Source: a virus | Lineage: Duplodnaviria > Caudoviricetes | Virus record (IMG/VR): IMGVR_UViG_3300033073_001153 | Location: 1 to 64,000 of that record | DNA length: 64,000 nucleotides | Strand: one strand, 5' to 3' | Part shown: piece after piece, positions 1 to 9,874 of the stretch | How the letters are laid out: each line of letters opens with the position of its first letter | How positions within the stretch are numbered: position 1 is the stretch's first letter | Made by a program: the position numbers and the translations under genes | The notes under the pieces: generated by a model | What the model was told of the DNA's origin: nothing | The model's database searches: none | Seen by the model: the letters and a program-made list of their open reading frames with translations, nothing else

Positions 1-1046
1 TATACAGAAGACCAAAACTCAGACATCATATTTTGAGGAATAAACGCGAGTTCATCAATAAATAATAAATTTACAGAAGATCCACGAGCAGCAGTACCTG
101 TTGTGGTTGTTATATTTATACGAGATCCGTTCTGTAATTCTAATGATTCTAATCCATAATAAGTCACTGGTGCTTTTAGCCAGTTAGGTAATCCTTCATA
201 TGCTATACGAATCCTTCGAAATATTTCCGCTGCTGTATTTTCTTTGTTCGCTACAAGCAATATTTTCTGATCATCATTAAAAATAGCTACCCAAAGCATG
301 AAAATAGTAGCCAAAGTACTATTATGTGATAATATTCCATTAGAAAAAAATGTATGATTTTCCGAATCTATACTGAGATCATACATGTGCTCGGGTTCCA
401 CATCTAATTTCTCTACTCGTATTATACTTTCAATTCCATTTTCAGTAATTATCTCATCTCCTATTTTTAAATTCTTAACATATATTTCTTCTCTATTTTT
501 TCCAATTACTATATGTTCATCAGCACACTGTAATTCAAAATTTTCAGTTTCTACTATCCATACATCAAATTTTATTGTTTTATGTACTTCTTGAATATCC
601 ACCCATCCTTCGTCAGTCCATATTTGTAAATCTTCTACTTTATGGGATTTTATAAATTTTTTATCCCTCGGTTTTTCTGTTTCAATACGAGAAATATCAA
701 AAATCTTTTCTATCGTAAGTTCCTGTATTTCACCAGTTTTTTTATCACGAATCTTACATAAGTTGTTGGCGTCAAGGCATTTGCCAGTTTGTCTACTAAA
801 AAGCATAATAGAGAAACGATTATCTCTAATCATTCTTAATGCTCTTTTTTGATAAGGGTGTAATGTTATTTTTTGTTTACCTTCATCAGTATTAATAATA
901 TAAAAATGATTTTCTGCAAAGTGTAGAATATTTTCTTTACATTTTTTTAATTCCGCTACCATTTCTGGTGTCCATTCGAATTGAGCATCTACTGTTGGTA
1001 GAGCTGGATTGTTCATGTAAATTTCTTTTTTTTGTTTTCTAGGCAT
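1..1046 (-). CDS. gp17: Terminase large subunit (T4 gp17-like), 5' part, interrupted by a mini-intein; runs off the window edge
   Basis: Not in the ORF track; translated by hand from ATG at 1046: MPRKQKKEIYMNNPALP...LHPYQKRAL...FSRQTGK[intein]STLATIFMLW...VANKENTAAEIFRRI...GSRINITTTTGTAARGSSVNLLFIDELAFIP. Walker A RQTGKS and Walker B LFIDE match T4-type TerL. Confidence 0.95.
   Translation of the reverse strand, partial: MPRKQKKEIYMNNPALPTVDAQFEWTPEMVAELKKCKENILHFAENHFYIINTDEGKQKITLHPYQKRALRMIRDNRFSIMLFSRQTGKCLDANNLCKIRDKKTGEIQELTIEKIFDISRIETEKPRDKKFIKSHKVEDLQIWTDEGWVDIQEVHKTIKFDVWIVETENFELQCADEHIVIGKNREEIYVKNLKIGDEIITENGIESIIRVEKLDVEPEHMYDLSIDSENHTFFSNGILSHNSTLATIFMLWVAIFNDDQKILLVANKENTAAEIFRRIRIAYEGLPNWLKAPVTYYGLESLELQNGSRINITTTTGTAARGSSVNLLFIDELAFIPQNMMSEFWSSV
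321..779 (-). mobile_element. Mini-intein (153 aa, no endonuclease) in the terminase Walker A motif
   Basis: Begins CLDANNL directly after RQTGK, has block B-like QCADEH, ends MYDLSIDSENHTFFSNGILSHN, followed by Ser +1; 459 nt in frame. Confidence 0.93.
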
Positions 1047-1129
1047 AACGATATTTAAGAAATTTTCAAAAAAAGTAAAAAAATTCAAAAAAAGTATAAA
1101 AAATTTTATATTGTGGAGTAAATATGAAT

Positions 1130-1768
1130 ATGAGCAATAAATCTCTATTCGAAAAGTTGTTTGAAGAAGTAATGCAAGATGATGCAGAAGCACTAGGTCT
1201 ACCTTCAAGTGAAGGTGGTGAAGGCGGTGGCGAAATGGGTGGCGAAGATTTTGGTTCTGAAGAAGGTGGCGATGATGTCACACTTACTTTAGATCGTGCT
1301 ACCGCTCAAAAGCTTCATGATCTACTAGGTGATATTCTCGGTGGTGGCGAAGAAGAAGGAATGGGAGAAGATGAAATTGGTGGAGAAAGTGAAATGGAAG
1401 AAGGTGGTGAAGGTATGGAAGACGAAGCTGCTGAAGAATCTGAAGATGAAGACGAAGATGCAGAAGAATCCGAAGACGAAGATGAAGATTCTGAAGAAAT
1501 GTTCGAAGCTCCTCAGTCTAAGTATGAAAAGTTTGAAACAAAGAGCAAAGCAGACAAGCTACAAAGCAAGTCAAATTCTCGTGTACAAGGCGCACTAGCA
1601 AACAAGACCAGTGCTCATGGTAAGGCAGAAAAGACTGCACAAACTCCCGGCACTGCTCATTACATGCCATTTAATAAGAAGGTTGATCAAGCCAAACCCG
1701 GTGGTTCTATTAAGGTTAATAATCCTAAGTACAATCCAAACGGTCAGGGTGATTCTATTTTCGGTTAA
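1130..1768 (+). CDS. Highly acidic (E/D/G-rich) late protein, possible head-internal/core protein
   Basis: ORF track 1124..1768. TAAATA at 1119-1124 favours the ATG at 1130. N-terminus LFEKLFEE, long acidic tract, basic C-terminus. Confidence 0.7.
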   Translation: MSNKSLFEKLFEEVMQDDAEALGLPSSEGGEGGGEMGGEDFGSEEGGDDVTLTLDRATAQKLHDLLGDILGGGEEEGMGEDEIGGESEMEEGGEGMEDEAAEESEDEDEDAEESEDEDEDSEEMFEAPQSKYEKFETKSKADKLQSKSNSRVQGALANKTSAHGKAEKTAQTPGTAHYMPFNKKVDQAKPGGSIKVNNPKYNPNGQGDSIFG

Positions 1769-1790
1769 TAAACTAAAAAATTTAAAAAAT

Positions 1791-1825
1791 AAAAAGGACG
1801 GATTCTTCGGAGTCCGTCCTTTTTT
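1791..1825 (+). terminator. Intrinsic terminator with a cUUCGg tetraloop (A/T tracts on both sides)
   Basis: aaaaaggacggattc-ttcg-gagtccgtcctttttt. Confidence 0.9.
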
Positions 1826-1839
1826 GCTAAATAATTAAC

Positions 1840-2163
1840 ATGGTATCTTTTAAAGAATACTTTTATGAGAACGTAAATCCTCATCACATGAGAGATTCTC
1901 GTTTATATACTAGAACTGGTGCTCCAAGAAATGGAAAAGATACCGGAGTTAATATGGTAGCCGGAAGATACAGTAAAAATGATCCTAATTACGATCAAAA
2001 TAAGTCACAAAAAACTGGACCAATATCAAATAGAGAAGCTTTTGATTTAATTAGTAAACATGGATTAAATCCACAAGAATTACGTCAACCAAAACAACTA
2101 GGTAAACGTCCATATACTTTGCAAAAGCTTCCTACTGGTTTTGTAATTAATAAAATTTCTTAA
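1840..2163 (+). CDS. Hypothetical late protein with a capsid-targeting-like N-terminus
   Basis: ORF starts MVSFKEYFYE; TAAATA at 1828-1833. Confidence 0.7.
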   Translation: MVSFKEYFYENVNPHHMRDSRLYTRTGAPRNGKDTGVNMVAGRYSKNDPNYDQNKSQKTGPISNREAFDLISKHGLNPQELRQPKQLGKRPYTLQKLPTGFVINKIS

Positions 2164-2165
2164 TT

Positions 2166-3140
2166 ATGGCTTGCTACTACACTGGTGCTGGTAATAATAG
2201 TATGTGCTACGAGTTATATGATAAAACTCGACTAGCACCAGATATTTCAGTTTTTGCTAATGTAGCAGAAGAAATGGTTAATAGCATGGGGCAGAAGGTG
2301 AATTATTGGGTTAATACTACTACACCGTTATCAGCGGATGTAATATACGGAGAACAGCCCACGAGTGTGTATGTGGGACCGTTTACATTAAAAATGTATA
2401 TAAATTTAAATGAATCTTCATTATCACAGAGTAAATTTGGATTTAATGCGGGAGATGATGCCACTGGTTATATGGCATACAATAATTTTTTGCGTGTAAT
2501 GTCTAGTGCTGAAATTTATACCGAATTAAATCAGTCTGTGGAACCAAAAGCAGGGGATGTTTTTGAAATGTACGAATATGGAAGTGATCGAGTTAATGGA
2601 AGAACTGGTAGATATTTTCAAATAACACAAAAAAGAGATCAAAATGTTGGGGAACAAATGAACATTCTTGGTGGACATTATGGTTGGGAAGTAAAAGCCA
2701 TGAGAATGGAATACAGTTGGGAACCATGTTTACCACAAGAAGGTGTTAATGAGCAAATGACATTAGATACGTTCTACGGAAAACTTACAAGTACTATATC
2801 TTGTGAAGTTTCTTCTGCACCTAAGTCTTATGAAGGTTCTGTAGATGAAGAAAGTAAGAAATTTGTATTTAACATGAATGTGAATGATACAGACATGTAT
2901 GGTACATATGATCTAGCAACAGGAAATAACATTATTATTCCAGTAGCACCTTCTCATACATTTGATTTACCAGTTACTGAGATTGAATTAACTCCAGAAA
3001 CTTTAGGAAATATTATTAATGCAAATATTGCAGATGATATTCAAACTATTGAGAATGAAATTCAACAACTAGAAGACTTTATTGACAAAGAAAATTATAT
3101 TCGTTACGATATTGATGCAGTAGATGGTGGAGATTTCTAA
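2166..3140 (+). CDS. gp14: Neck/head-completion protein (T4 gp14-like)
   Basis: DVIYGEQP, SKFGFNAGDD and EPKAGDVFEM...YFQIT resemble gp14 motifs; structural gene context. Confidence 0.7.
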   Translation: MACYYTGAGNNSMCYELYDKTRLAPDISVFANVAEEMVNSMGQKVNYWVNTTTPLSADVIYGEQPTSVYVGPFTLKMYINLNESSLSQSKFGFNAGDDATGYMAYNNFLRVMSSAEIYTELNQSVEPKAGDVFEMYEYGSDRVNGRTGRYFQITQKRDQNVGEQMNILGGHYGWEVKAMRMEYSWEPCLPQEGVNEQMTLDTFYGKLTSTISCEVSSAPKSYEGSVDEESKKFVFNMNVNDTDMYGTYDLATGNNIIIPVAPSHTFDLPVTEIELTPETLGNIINANIADDIQTIENEIQQLEDFIDKENYIRYDIDAVDGGDF

Positions 3141-4225
3141 ACAACTGATAACGTAGCAAATGTACTTGTCAATGTGCCGTATAAATTAGAAGCAATACAC
3201 GCATATCTACCAGAATTTGAATTTTGTATATTAGATAAAATATAATTCTTATAAATTTCCCCATTTATATTTCCTTCATTTTCTTTTATCCATTGATATG
3301 AAATAGGATTTGTTCCTGTAGCATTAGAAGTAAATGTAAAAGATTCTCCAATAAATACAATTCCTGAAACTGGATTTAATATAAATTCTGGTGGTTTATT
3401 TATATAAAACAGCACTTTGTTGCTTGTTATAGATCCTACAACATTAGATAATATACAATTATAATTTCCTTCATCATTATTTTGTACATTATTAATTTCT
3501 AATTTAACATATCCATCATTTGTTACACTTAATGATCCGTAATTTGTATTATCTTTTCTCCATTGAGCACTGATTGGAGAAGTTCCCACGCAACTTAAAT
3601 TAAGTGTTATGTTATCTCCGATATTTGAAGAAGTATCAACTGGTTGAGTTTTTATAATTATAGAATCATTCACTTTCAAACTAGCAGAAACGCTTGTTAT
3701 AGATGTCAATAGATTAGAAACTACACAAAAATAAATACCTTCTTCATTTTTTGTTATAGAATTAATGTAAATTATGTCAGTATTAGCAGGATATAATAAA
3801 TAATTTTTGTACCATTTATATGTTACTGGAGAAGATGTAGATACGGACAATGAAAAGAATATATTAGAATTTGTATTAGCTTCTACTGAATAAGGTTGAA
3901 ATACAAAACTTAAACTGTCTACAACAGTTAATTTAACTATATTACTTTGTATAGAATATCCATTATTACTAACTTCGCAGTAATATTCCGCATCATCGGA
4001 TAATTGTAAATTTGTTAAATTTAATTCATTACTAGTTAATCCAGTCAAAGAAGAACTATTTTTATACCATTGATAATTTAAAGGCTTACTTCCTTTAACA
4101 GAAATAAAAAAATTATAATTATCTCCAACATTTTTTGTTGCACTTAATGGTTGTGTAATAATGGTAGGAGGCACATATGATATAATATGTGTATGTTTTT
4201 TAAAACTACCATTTTTAATGAACAT
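3137..4225 (-). CDS. Protein with four tandem immunoglobulin (I-set-like) domains, probable virion decoration/adhesin
   Basis: Four units of the form TQP...G..P.sYQW.K...L.i.n.q..d.G.Y.C.vSN..gs.tS. Confidence 0.85.
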   Translation of the reverse strand: MFIKNGSFKKHTHIISYVPPTIITQPLSATKNVGDNYNFFISVKGSKPLNYQWYKNSSSLTGLTSNELNLTNLQLSDDAEYYCEVSNNGYSIQSNIVKLTVVDSLSFVFQPYSVEANTNSNIFFSLSVSTSSPVTYKWYKNYLLYPANTDIIYINSITKNEEGIYFCVVSNLLTSITSVSASLKVNDSIIIKTQPVDTSSNIGDNITLNLSCVGTSPISAQWRKDNTNYGSLSVTNDGYVKLEINNVQNNDEGNYNCILSNVVGSITSNKVLFYINKPPEFILNPVSGIVFIGESFTFTSNATGTNPISYQWIKENEGNINGEIYKNYILSNIQNSNSGRYACIASNLYGTLTSTFATLSVV

Positions 4226-4228
4226 AAA

Positions 4229-6214
4229 TTAGAATGTAAATATAGTTTGCCAAGTATTTCCGTCCCAAACTACTTGTGTACAATGATTATCATTTCCATT
4301 TAATGTACTTCCGAAAGATATTGGTGTTCCGCCGGAATCATGAATTGCTATAATTTCTGTATTCAGTGGACTTGTGTTTTTGATGTGAAAAAACATACCT
4401 TTATTGTTTGATGTTATTGCAGGAAGATTGATGGCAAACGTTCCAGTTGCTGAAACCGAAGCAAAAATATAAGAAGGACAATTAGTATCTAATAATAAAG
4501 TAGTAGAAGGAGCCCCTGTTATAGAAGTTACAGAAACAAATAATGTATTTGATAAAAACAAATTATGTGCAGATAACTTCTCCACATGAATTGTACTAGC
4601 TACAAAAGATAATGTACTATTACCGCTTAACCATTGAGCAGAATTACTAGAAACAGTAGAATAAGTAGATTCCCAATTAGCACTATTAGAATTTACAGTT
4701 GTTTTAGTAGATTCCCAATTATCTGAATTACTAGAAACAGTAGAATAAGTAGATTCCCAATTAGCACTATTAGAATTTATAGTTGTTTTAGTAGATTCCC
4801 AGTTAGCAGAATTTGAACTTACAGTAGAATATGTAGATTCCCAGTTAGAACTATTAGAATTTACAGTAGTTTTTGTAGATTCCCAATTAGCTGAATTACT
4901 AGAAACCGTAGAATAAGTAGATTCCCAATTAGCTGAATTACTAGAAACAGTAGAATAAGTAGATTCCCAGTTAGCACTAATAGAACTTACACTAGAATAA
5001 GTAGACTCCCAGTTTGCAGAATTACTCGAAACCGTAGAATAAGTAGACTCCCAATTAGCTGAATTAGATGATACACTAGAATAAGTAGATTCCCAATTAG
5101 AACTAATAGAACTTACACTAGAATAAGTAGATTCCCAATTAGCAGAATTACTTGAAACAGTAGAATAAGTAGAATCCCAATTAGCTGAATTACTATAAAC
5201 ACTAGAATAAGTAGAATCCCAATTAGAACTAATAGAACTTACACTAGAATAAGTAGATTCCCAATTAGCTGAATTACTAGAAACTGTAGAAAATACAGAA
5301 TTAGATATATCTGTTATTGAACTTATATTTGGACTAGTTACACTAACATCAGAATGTATTCCAGATAATGCTGATATTTTTCCATTTATTGTTAATTTTT
5401 CTATATCTATTTTTAAAAAATTAGGAACAGAAGAATAGTTTAAAACTACTATATCACCTGTTCCTTCTTGATTTATTGTTAATGCTGGTAATGATATATC
5501 CGTATTTGTTACACTAAAAGAACTTGAAGAATGTAGTGTGGTTTCTATTTCAGTCAAATCACCAAGAGCAGATAAATTACCATATATTAAACAATTTCCA
5601 CTAACTGTTATATTATTGGTTACTACTACATCAGTAGCTGAAATTTCTAAAGATAAAATACTATCTGATAATATACTTTGACTATCTAAAGTAGTAGCTG
5701 TAATATTATTTGTTAAAATATCATTAGAAGTTAATGATATCGTAGAAAGTGTATTTGTAATTATATCTTTAGCAGATATAGAAGTAGAAGAAAGTTCGAA
5801 AAAATTAGCAAAATTTGTATAAATCGCACTAGCCGCTGAAATTGAATTTGTGAAATTAACTATTGGAGTTTTTGCATAAATAGCAGTACTAAAATCCATA
5901 GTCAAAGTATTTGGACCAAATCCAGTTAATGCACCATCACTGATAATAGTTTCAGTGCTTGTGCCAGAAATGAAATCAGTAAATGTAGTATCTCTTACAT
6001 GTATGTTTTCGCAATATACATCTCCTCCGTAATTTGCAGACAAAACATCTAGTCCTCTGCTAGAACTTAAAACACCATTAACTACGAAATCTCCTTGAAA
6101 TGGTTGAGATGGTGATGCAATAGGATCAGTTGCACTATCAGGAAATCCATCTGTAGATAGTGTATGATGATTTGTCCTATGATGTTTATCATGAAATCTT
6201 GCATTACCGGCCAT
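4229..6214 (-). CDS. Ser/Thr-rich fibre-like virion protein with a 14-aa tandem repeat stalk
   Basis: 661-aa ORF; 15 full SSNSANWESTYSTV-type units; fibre-like C-terminus (CTQVVWDGNTWQ); late promoter at 6220-6225. Confidence 0.75.
   Translation of the reverse strand: MAGNARFHDKHHRTNHHTLSTDGFPDSATDPIASPSQPFQGDFVVNGVLSSSRGLDVLSANYGGDVYCENIHVRDTTFTDFISGTSTETIISDGALTGFGPNTLTMDFSTAIYAKTPIVNFTNSISAASAIYTNFANFFELSSTSISAKDIITNTLSTISLTSNDILTNNITATTLDSQSILSDSILSLEISATDVVVTNNITVSGNCLIYGNLSALGDLTEIETTLHSSSSFSVTNTDISLPALTINQEGTGDIVVLNYSSVPNFLKIDIEKLTINGKISALSGIHSDVSVTSPNISSITDISNSVFSTVSSNSANWESTYSSVSSISSNWDSTYSSVYSNSANWDSTYSTVSSNSANWESTYSSVSSISSNWESTYSSVSSNSANWESTYSTVSSNSANWESTYSSVSSISANWESTYSTVSSNSANWESTYSTVSSNSANWESTKTTVNSNSSNWESTYSTVSSNSANWESTKTTINSNSANWESTYSTVSSNSDNWESTKTTVNSNSANWESTYSTVSSNSAQWLSGNSTLSFVASTIHVEKLSAHNLFLSNTLFVSVTSITGAPSTTLLLDTNCPSYIFASVSATGTFAINLPAITSNNKGMFFHIKNTSPLNTEIIAIHDSGGTPISFGSTLNGNDNHCTQVVWDGNTWQTIFTF
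4631..5281 (-). repeat. In-frame 42-nt tandem repeat, 15 full units plus one partial
   Basis: Recurring agtagattcccaattagc...ctagaa at 42-nt period (5281 to 4651 = 630 nt). Confidence 0.95.
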
Positions 6215-6219
6215 TCAAT

Positions 6220-6242
6220 TATTTAGCTATATAACCTAAATA
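6220..6242. promoter_or_regulatory. Back-to-back T4-type late promoters (TAAATA) driving divergent genes
   Basis: Minus-strand TAAATA at 6220-6225 is 5 nt from ATG 6214; plus-strand TAAATA at 6237-6242 is 6 nt from ATG 6249. Confidence 0.8.
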
Positions 6243-6248
6243 ATTAGG

Positions 6249-6959
6249 ATGTCAGAATCAACTTGTAATTTTTTTATCAATAGCGCATTCAATGCAAATT
6301 TTGACATAACATGGTCATTTGGATATAACTTATCAGGTAATAGTAATTCTACTGGTGGGTTTTCAACATTTTTGTTTAACAATTCTGAATTAATTGGTGG
6401 AGGAGCATATGAAGGTTTGGGATTTTCTCCTTTTCAAAGTAGAAGTGGTGTTGAAGGCGCAGTTTTAGGAGTAATGATAAACAGTGATAATATTATTACT
6501 ATAAAAGAAGGAACTACATTTTCAACAATTACCTCATTTCCTCTTTTTTCTATTTTGACTCCTTTAATAAAGAAAACTTTAAATTTTGAAACATTACGTT
6601 TTAATTTTACAAATTGTGCTCAAACTTTAAATATAGCATTAAAAAATAAAGAAACAAATAGATACGTAAAATTAGCTTCCGTAGATACAGGCATTTCTGT
6701 TTTTGATACCGATTTTTATAGAATAGGATTTGGATATTCTTCTCCACTTAATACAGGAGAAGAAAAGTGTGTTTTTAATATAAAAGATATACATATACAA
6801 GGAAACACGGCAATTCCAACAACAATTTATAGGCCAAGACCACAGGTAGAAGATAAAGTAGAAACTTTTTATATTATACAATCTCCATTAAGTGGACATA
6901 TTGATATAGGAAATCCAGATCCAACTAGTGTTGGATCACTGATGCACAAATCAAAATAA
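6249..6959 (+). CDS. Hypothetical virion protein, possibly L-type lectin/ConA-like beta-sandwich
   Basis: GGFSTFLF...GLGFS...VLGVMINS pattern is reminiscent of legume-lectin folds; late promoter; fibre cluster. Confidence 0.45.
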   Translation: MSESTCNFFINSAFNANFDITWSFGYNLSGNSNSTGGFSTFLFNNSELIGGGAYEGLGFSPFQSRSGVEGAVLGVMINSDNIITIKEGTTFSTITSFPLFSILTPLIKKTLNFETLRFNFTNCAQTLNIALKNKETNRYVKLASVDTGISVFDTDFYRIGFGYSSPLNTGEEKCVFNIKDIHIQGNTAIPTTIYRPRPQVEDKVETFYIIQSPLSGHIDIGNPDPTSVGSLMHKSK

Positions 6960-6971
6960 CTAAATAGATTT

Positions 6972-7916
6972 ATGGCTGATTCTTTTATTAATAAACTCAC
7001 TGAAAGTACAACAGTGAAAGGTACTGATTTTACTGCTTTCGATATAGCAGATCCAGAAACTGGAGGATATTTTACTAAAAAAGTTTCTTTTGATAATTTA
7101 ACTTCTAAAATAAAAACAGAAGTCAATAATAATGTACAAACTCAGATAGATAATTTACAAACTAATTTAAATATAGTTTCACAATCTATATCAAATAAAT
7201 TAGATAAAAACGGATTAAACTTCGCTCCAACAGAAAGAATGAACGGACCTTTAGCAGTTAATGCTACATTATCTGCATTAGGAGAAACTCATTTTAATGA
7301 AAAAGTAAACGCACATAACAATTTTATTATTAATGTTAAAGATCCTGTTGATGATTATGATGCAGTTAATTTACACACATTAAATGATAAAATTGCTACC
7401 GTTCCTATTCCTAATACAGCAAATTATGTATTAAAATCTGGAGATACCATGACAGGATCTTTAATATTAAATGCAGATCCTACACAAAATTTAGGAGCAG
7501 TAACAAAACAATATGCGGATAAATTCGATCCATCTGGAAAATATCTTCCACTTAGTGGAGGATCAATGACCGGATCTTTAATATTAAAAGGGTTTTCTGA
7601 AAAATCTTCAAATATTACGGGTACTGGTTCGGTATCACTTAATTTAGATAACGGAAATACATTTCCTATTAACTTAACTGGAAATATTACAGGATTTACA
7701 TTAGCTGGAACAGTTCCTTCAGATTCTTTCAGTATAACTATGTTTATAACTCAAACAGGAACATTTACTGTAAATTTCACAATAGGAGGAACTGCGGTGA
7801 AATGGGCAAATGGAATTCTTCCAACTATTACAAATACATCAGGAAAAACTGACGTTTTTGCTTTTACAAAAATAGGAGCAAATTGGTATGGATTTGTAGG
7901 AGGACAAAATTTTTAA
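6972..7916 (+). CDS. Tail fibre-like protein
   Basis: Repeated YVLKSGDTMTGSL / YLPLSGGSMTGSL; DPVDDYDAVNL and AVTKQYAD stalk motifs; common fibre C-terminus (WANG.LP...GKTDVFAF...WYG). Confidence 0.8.
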   Translation: MADSFINKLTESTTVKGTDFTAFDIADPETGGYFTKKVSFDNLTSKIKTEVNNNVQTQIDNLQTNLNIVSQSISNKLDKNGLNFAPTERMNGPLAVNATLSALGETHFNEKVNAHNNFIINVKDPVDDYDAVNLHTLNDKIATVPIPNTANYVLKSGDTMTGSLILNADPTQNLGAVTKQYADKFDPSGKYLPLSGGSMTGSLILKGFSEKSSNITGTGSVSLNLDNGNTFPINLTGNITGFTLAGTVPSDSFSITMFITQTGTFTVNFTIGGTAVKWANGILPTITNTSGKTDVFAFTKIGANWYGFVGGQNF

Positions 7917-7919
7917 TTT

Positions 7920-8822
7920 ATGCCTGTAGGAAACGCATTTGCAATTATAAAATCGGTAAAAATAAAAGTTCCAATGGTTGAAACTTTTATAAATATAAAT
8001 CAACCGTCTGCATTAGCTTTTGATTCTGGTGGTAATTTATTTGCGGTTTGTTCCGGTGGAAGTTACATAAACAAAATAGAACCAAATGGAACTATGACCA
8101 CATTCACCCAGATTATAACGAGCGGTGAACTTATAAATTCAAATTATATAACAATAGATACTTCAAATAATATATATACTACAGATTCTGATGTAGCAGC
8201 ACCGGGAGTAATAAAATATCATAACAATATTTATAAAATTAATCCTTTAGGAAATATTGAAACTTACATAATAGGATCAGGATTGACTGTTGGTATTTGT
8301 ATTGATAAAAATATGAATTTGTATGTTACTGAATTAGGAAATCGTTCAGTAAATAAATATGATTCGAATAAAATATTAACATTAAATTTCGGAAATTCTC
8401 GTTCTACGTCTTCTTTTTATAGAGCAATTACTTTAGATTCTAAAGATGATATATATTTTTGCGATTCTGCAAATAATGTTATACAAAAAATAACAAAAAC
8501 AGGAACACGAAGTGATTATGCAGGATCTAGAAGAAAAGGATTTTTAGATGGAACATCTACAACAGCTCAATTTGATGCTCCTTATGGAATATGCTCTGAT
8601 GAATTTGATAATTTATATATATCCGACAATAACAATAAAAGAATTAGAAAAATAACACCATCAGGAAATGTAAGTACTGTTGCAGGAAATGGAGTAGAAG
8701 GAGATAAAACAGGAGTTGGTCTACAAGCAAGTTTCAAAAATTTACATGGTTTAGCATATAAAGATGGAGTGCTTTACATTTGCGACAAAGGAAATAATAA
8801 AATTAAAAAATTAATACTTTAA
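7920..8822 (+). CDS. NHL-repeat beta-propeller protein
   Basis: Repeats such as FDAPYGICSDEFDNLYISDNNNKRIRKITPSGNVSTVAGNG. Confidence 0.9.
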   Translation: MPVGNAFAIIKSVKIKVPMVETFININQPSALAFDSGGNLFAVCSGGSYINKIEPNGTMTTFTQIITSGELINSNYITIDTSNNIYTTDSDVAAPGVIKYHNNIYKINPLGNIETYIIGSGLTVGICIDKNMNLYVTELGNRSVNKYDSNKILTLNFGNSRSTSSFYRAITLDSKDDIYFCDSANNVIQKITKTGTRSDYAGSRRKGFLDGTSTTAQFDAPYGICSDEFDNLYISDNNNKRIRKITPSGNVSTVAGNGVEGDKTGVGLQASFKNLHGLAYKDGVLYICDKGNNKIKKLIL

Positions 8823-9061
8823 TCTAAATATTCCTCTACTCTGAAATCGTGACACATACTTGGAAATCTTTGATTAATATATTTTTGTAAAGCTAGTGGT
8901 TTAATCCATTTATCAGTTTTATCTAAATCCATTTTACATTCTTTAGCTTTTAAATTAATAAATTCCAAAGATTCTACTAAACATAGCCATCTTGCGTATG
9001 TTTCTACAGACATTACATGTGTTTTATTTGATTTTGTGGTGATTGAAATATTTTCTATCAT
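8819..9061 (-). CDS. Hypothetical protein
   Basis: 80-aa ORF overlapping neighbours by 4 nt. Confidence 0.65.
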   Translation of the reverse strand: MIENISITTKSNKTHVMSVETYARWLCLVESLEFINLKAKECKMDLDKTDKWIKPLALQKYINQRFPSMCHDFRVEEYLD

Positions 9062-9459
9062 AAAGATTTTGAAACGTAACCTAAAATTAGTGCATTAATT
9101 TCTTCAGCAGAGCAATCAATATTATTGATCATCATAGATTCTAATGCTAGAAACATTATATCTATATTTTTACGTACTGTCAAATTTTTAATGTTGTCAT
9201 CTTTAAATTTAAGTACAAAAAGATCTCGTACTAAATGAAGTAGATTCTTCAAATTTTCATTTCCAGAAGATTTGTTTATACGTCCAAATGAAGCATTATC
9301 ATAAATCTGAAGTAATTTAGGATCTTTTAAAATTAAAAATTTTTTAATTTCATCTTTTAAAAACTGCGTATCTATTTTAGGAAGTTCGTAATAAGTTATA
9401 CTAGAAGGAACTGAAATTGCATTTTTTAATTCTTCTGAATTGAAGGTTTCGTTATTCAT
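9058..9459 (-). CDS. Hypothetical protein
   Basis: 133-aa ORF in a coupled run of minus-strand genes. Confidence 0.65.
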   Translation of the reverse strand: MNNETFNSEELKNAISVPSSITYYELPKIDTQFLKDEIKKFLILKDPKLLQIYDNASFGRINKSSGNENLKNLLHLVRDLFVLKFKDDNIKNLTVRKNIDIMFLALESMMINNIDCSAEEINALILGYVSKSL

Positions 9460-9874
9460 TTTCTTGAATTTTCTTATATACTTCTACAAAAGCTGCATCT
9501 GCTGAATCTAAATCAATAATTTCAGTTTCTAAAAAAGCTTTAGCAGTTATATCTAAAGATACATTTTTCTTACATTCACCACACTTAAAAGAATTTTTCT
9601 GATTTAAAGTCACCGGAACAAACATAGGAATATTCAAATGACAAGGACAATTAATATCTAATCCTTGTTTAGAATATTCTTTAATTCTTTCATTTTTGAT
9701 ATTTTCTATTTTAATTTCTAAAAATTTCTTATACAAATTATAACAAATAATCTGTGCTATTGTAAAACATACAAATAGTTTACCAAATGTTAAAAAATCA
9801 CTCGAAAATGGTAAAGAAAACAGAGTACTCACACTGAACAAGGTGAGTAATGGAAATAATAAATTTCTGATCAT
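9452..9874 (-). CDS. Membrane protein with two N-terminal hydrophobic helices and a CxC...CxxC putative zinc ribbon
   Basis: Hydrophobic N-terminus; INCPCH and FKCGEC; sigma70-type promoter at 9881-9909. Confidence 0.7.
   Translation of the reverse strand: MIRNLLFPLLTLFSVSTLFSLPFSSDFLTFGKLFVCFTIAQIICYNLYKKFLEIKIENIKNERIKEYSKQGLDINCPCHLNIPMFVPVTLNQKNSFKCGECKKNVSLDITAKAFLETEIIDLDSADAAFVEVYKKIQENE

Noticed and set aside
385-1838. Short ORFs 385..594, 1066..1281, 1329..1598 and 1611..1838
   Set aside because: Antisense or off-frame shadows of the terminase and the acidic protein; no promoter or motifs.
4631-5281. Regularly spaced repeats resembling a CRISPR array
   Set aside because: Units are contiguous 42-mers with no unique spacers, stay in frame in a 661-aa ORF and vary mostly at synonymous sites; no cas genes.
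9452-9874. Possible holin
   Set aside because: It has TM helices, but also a sigma70-type promoter, a Cys-rich soluble domain and no adjacent lysis genes.
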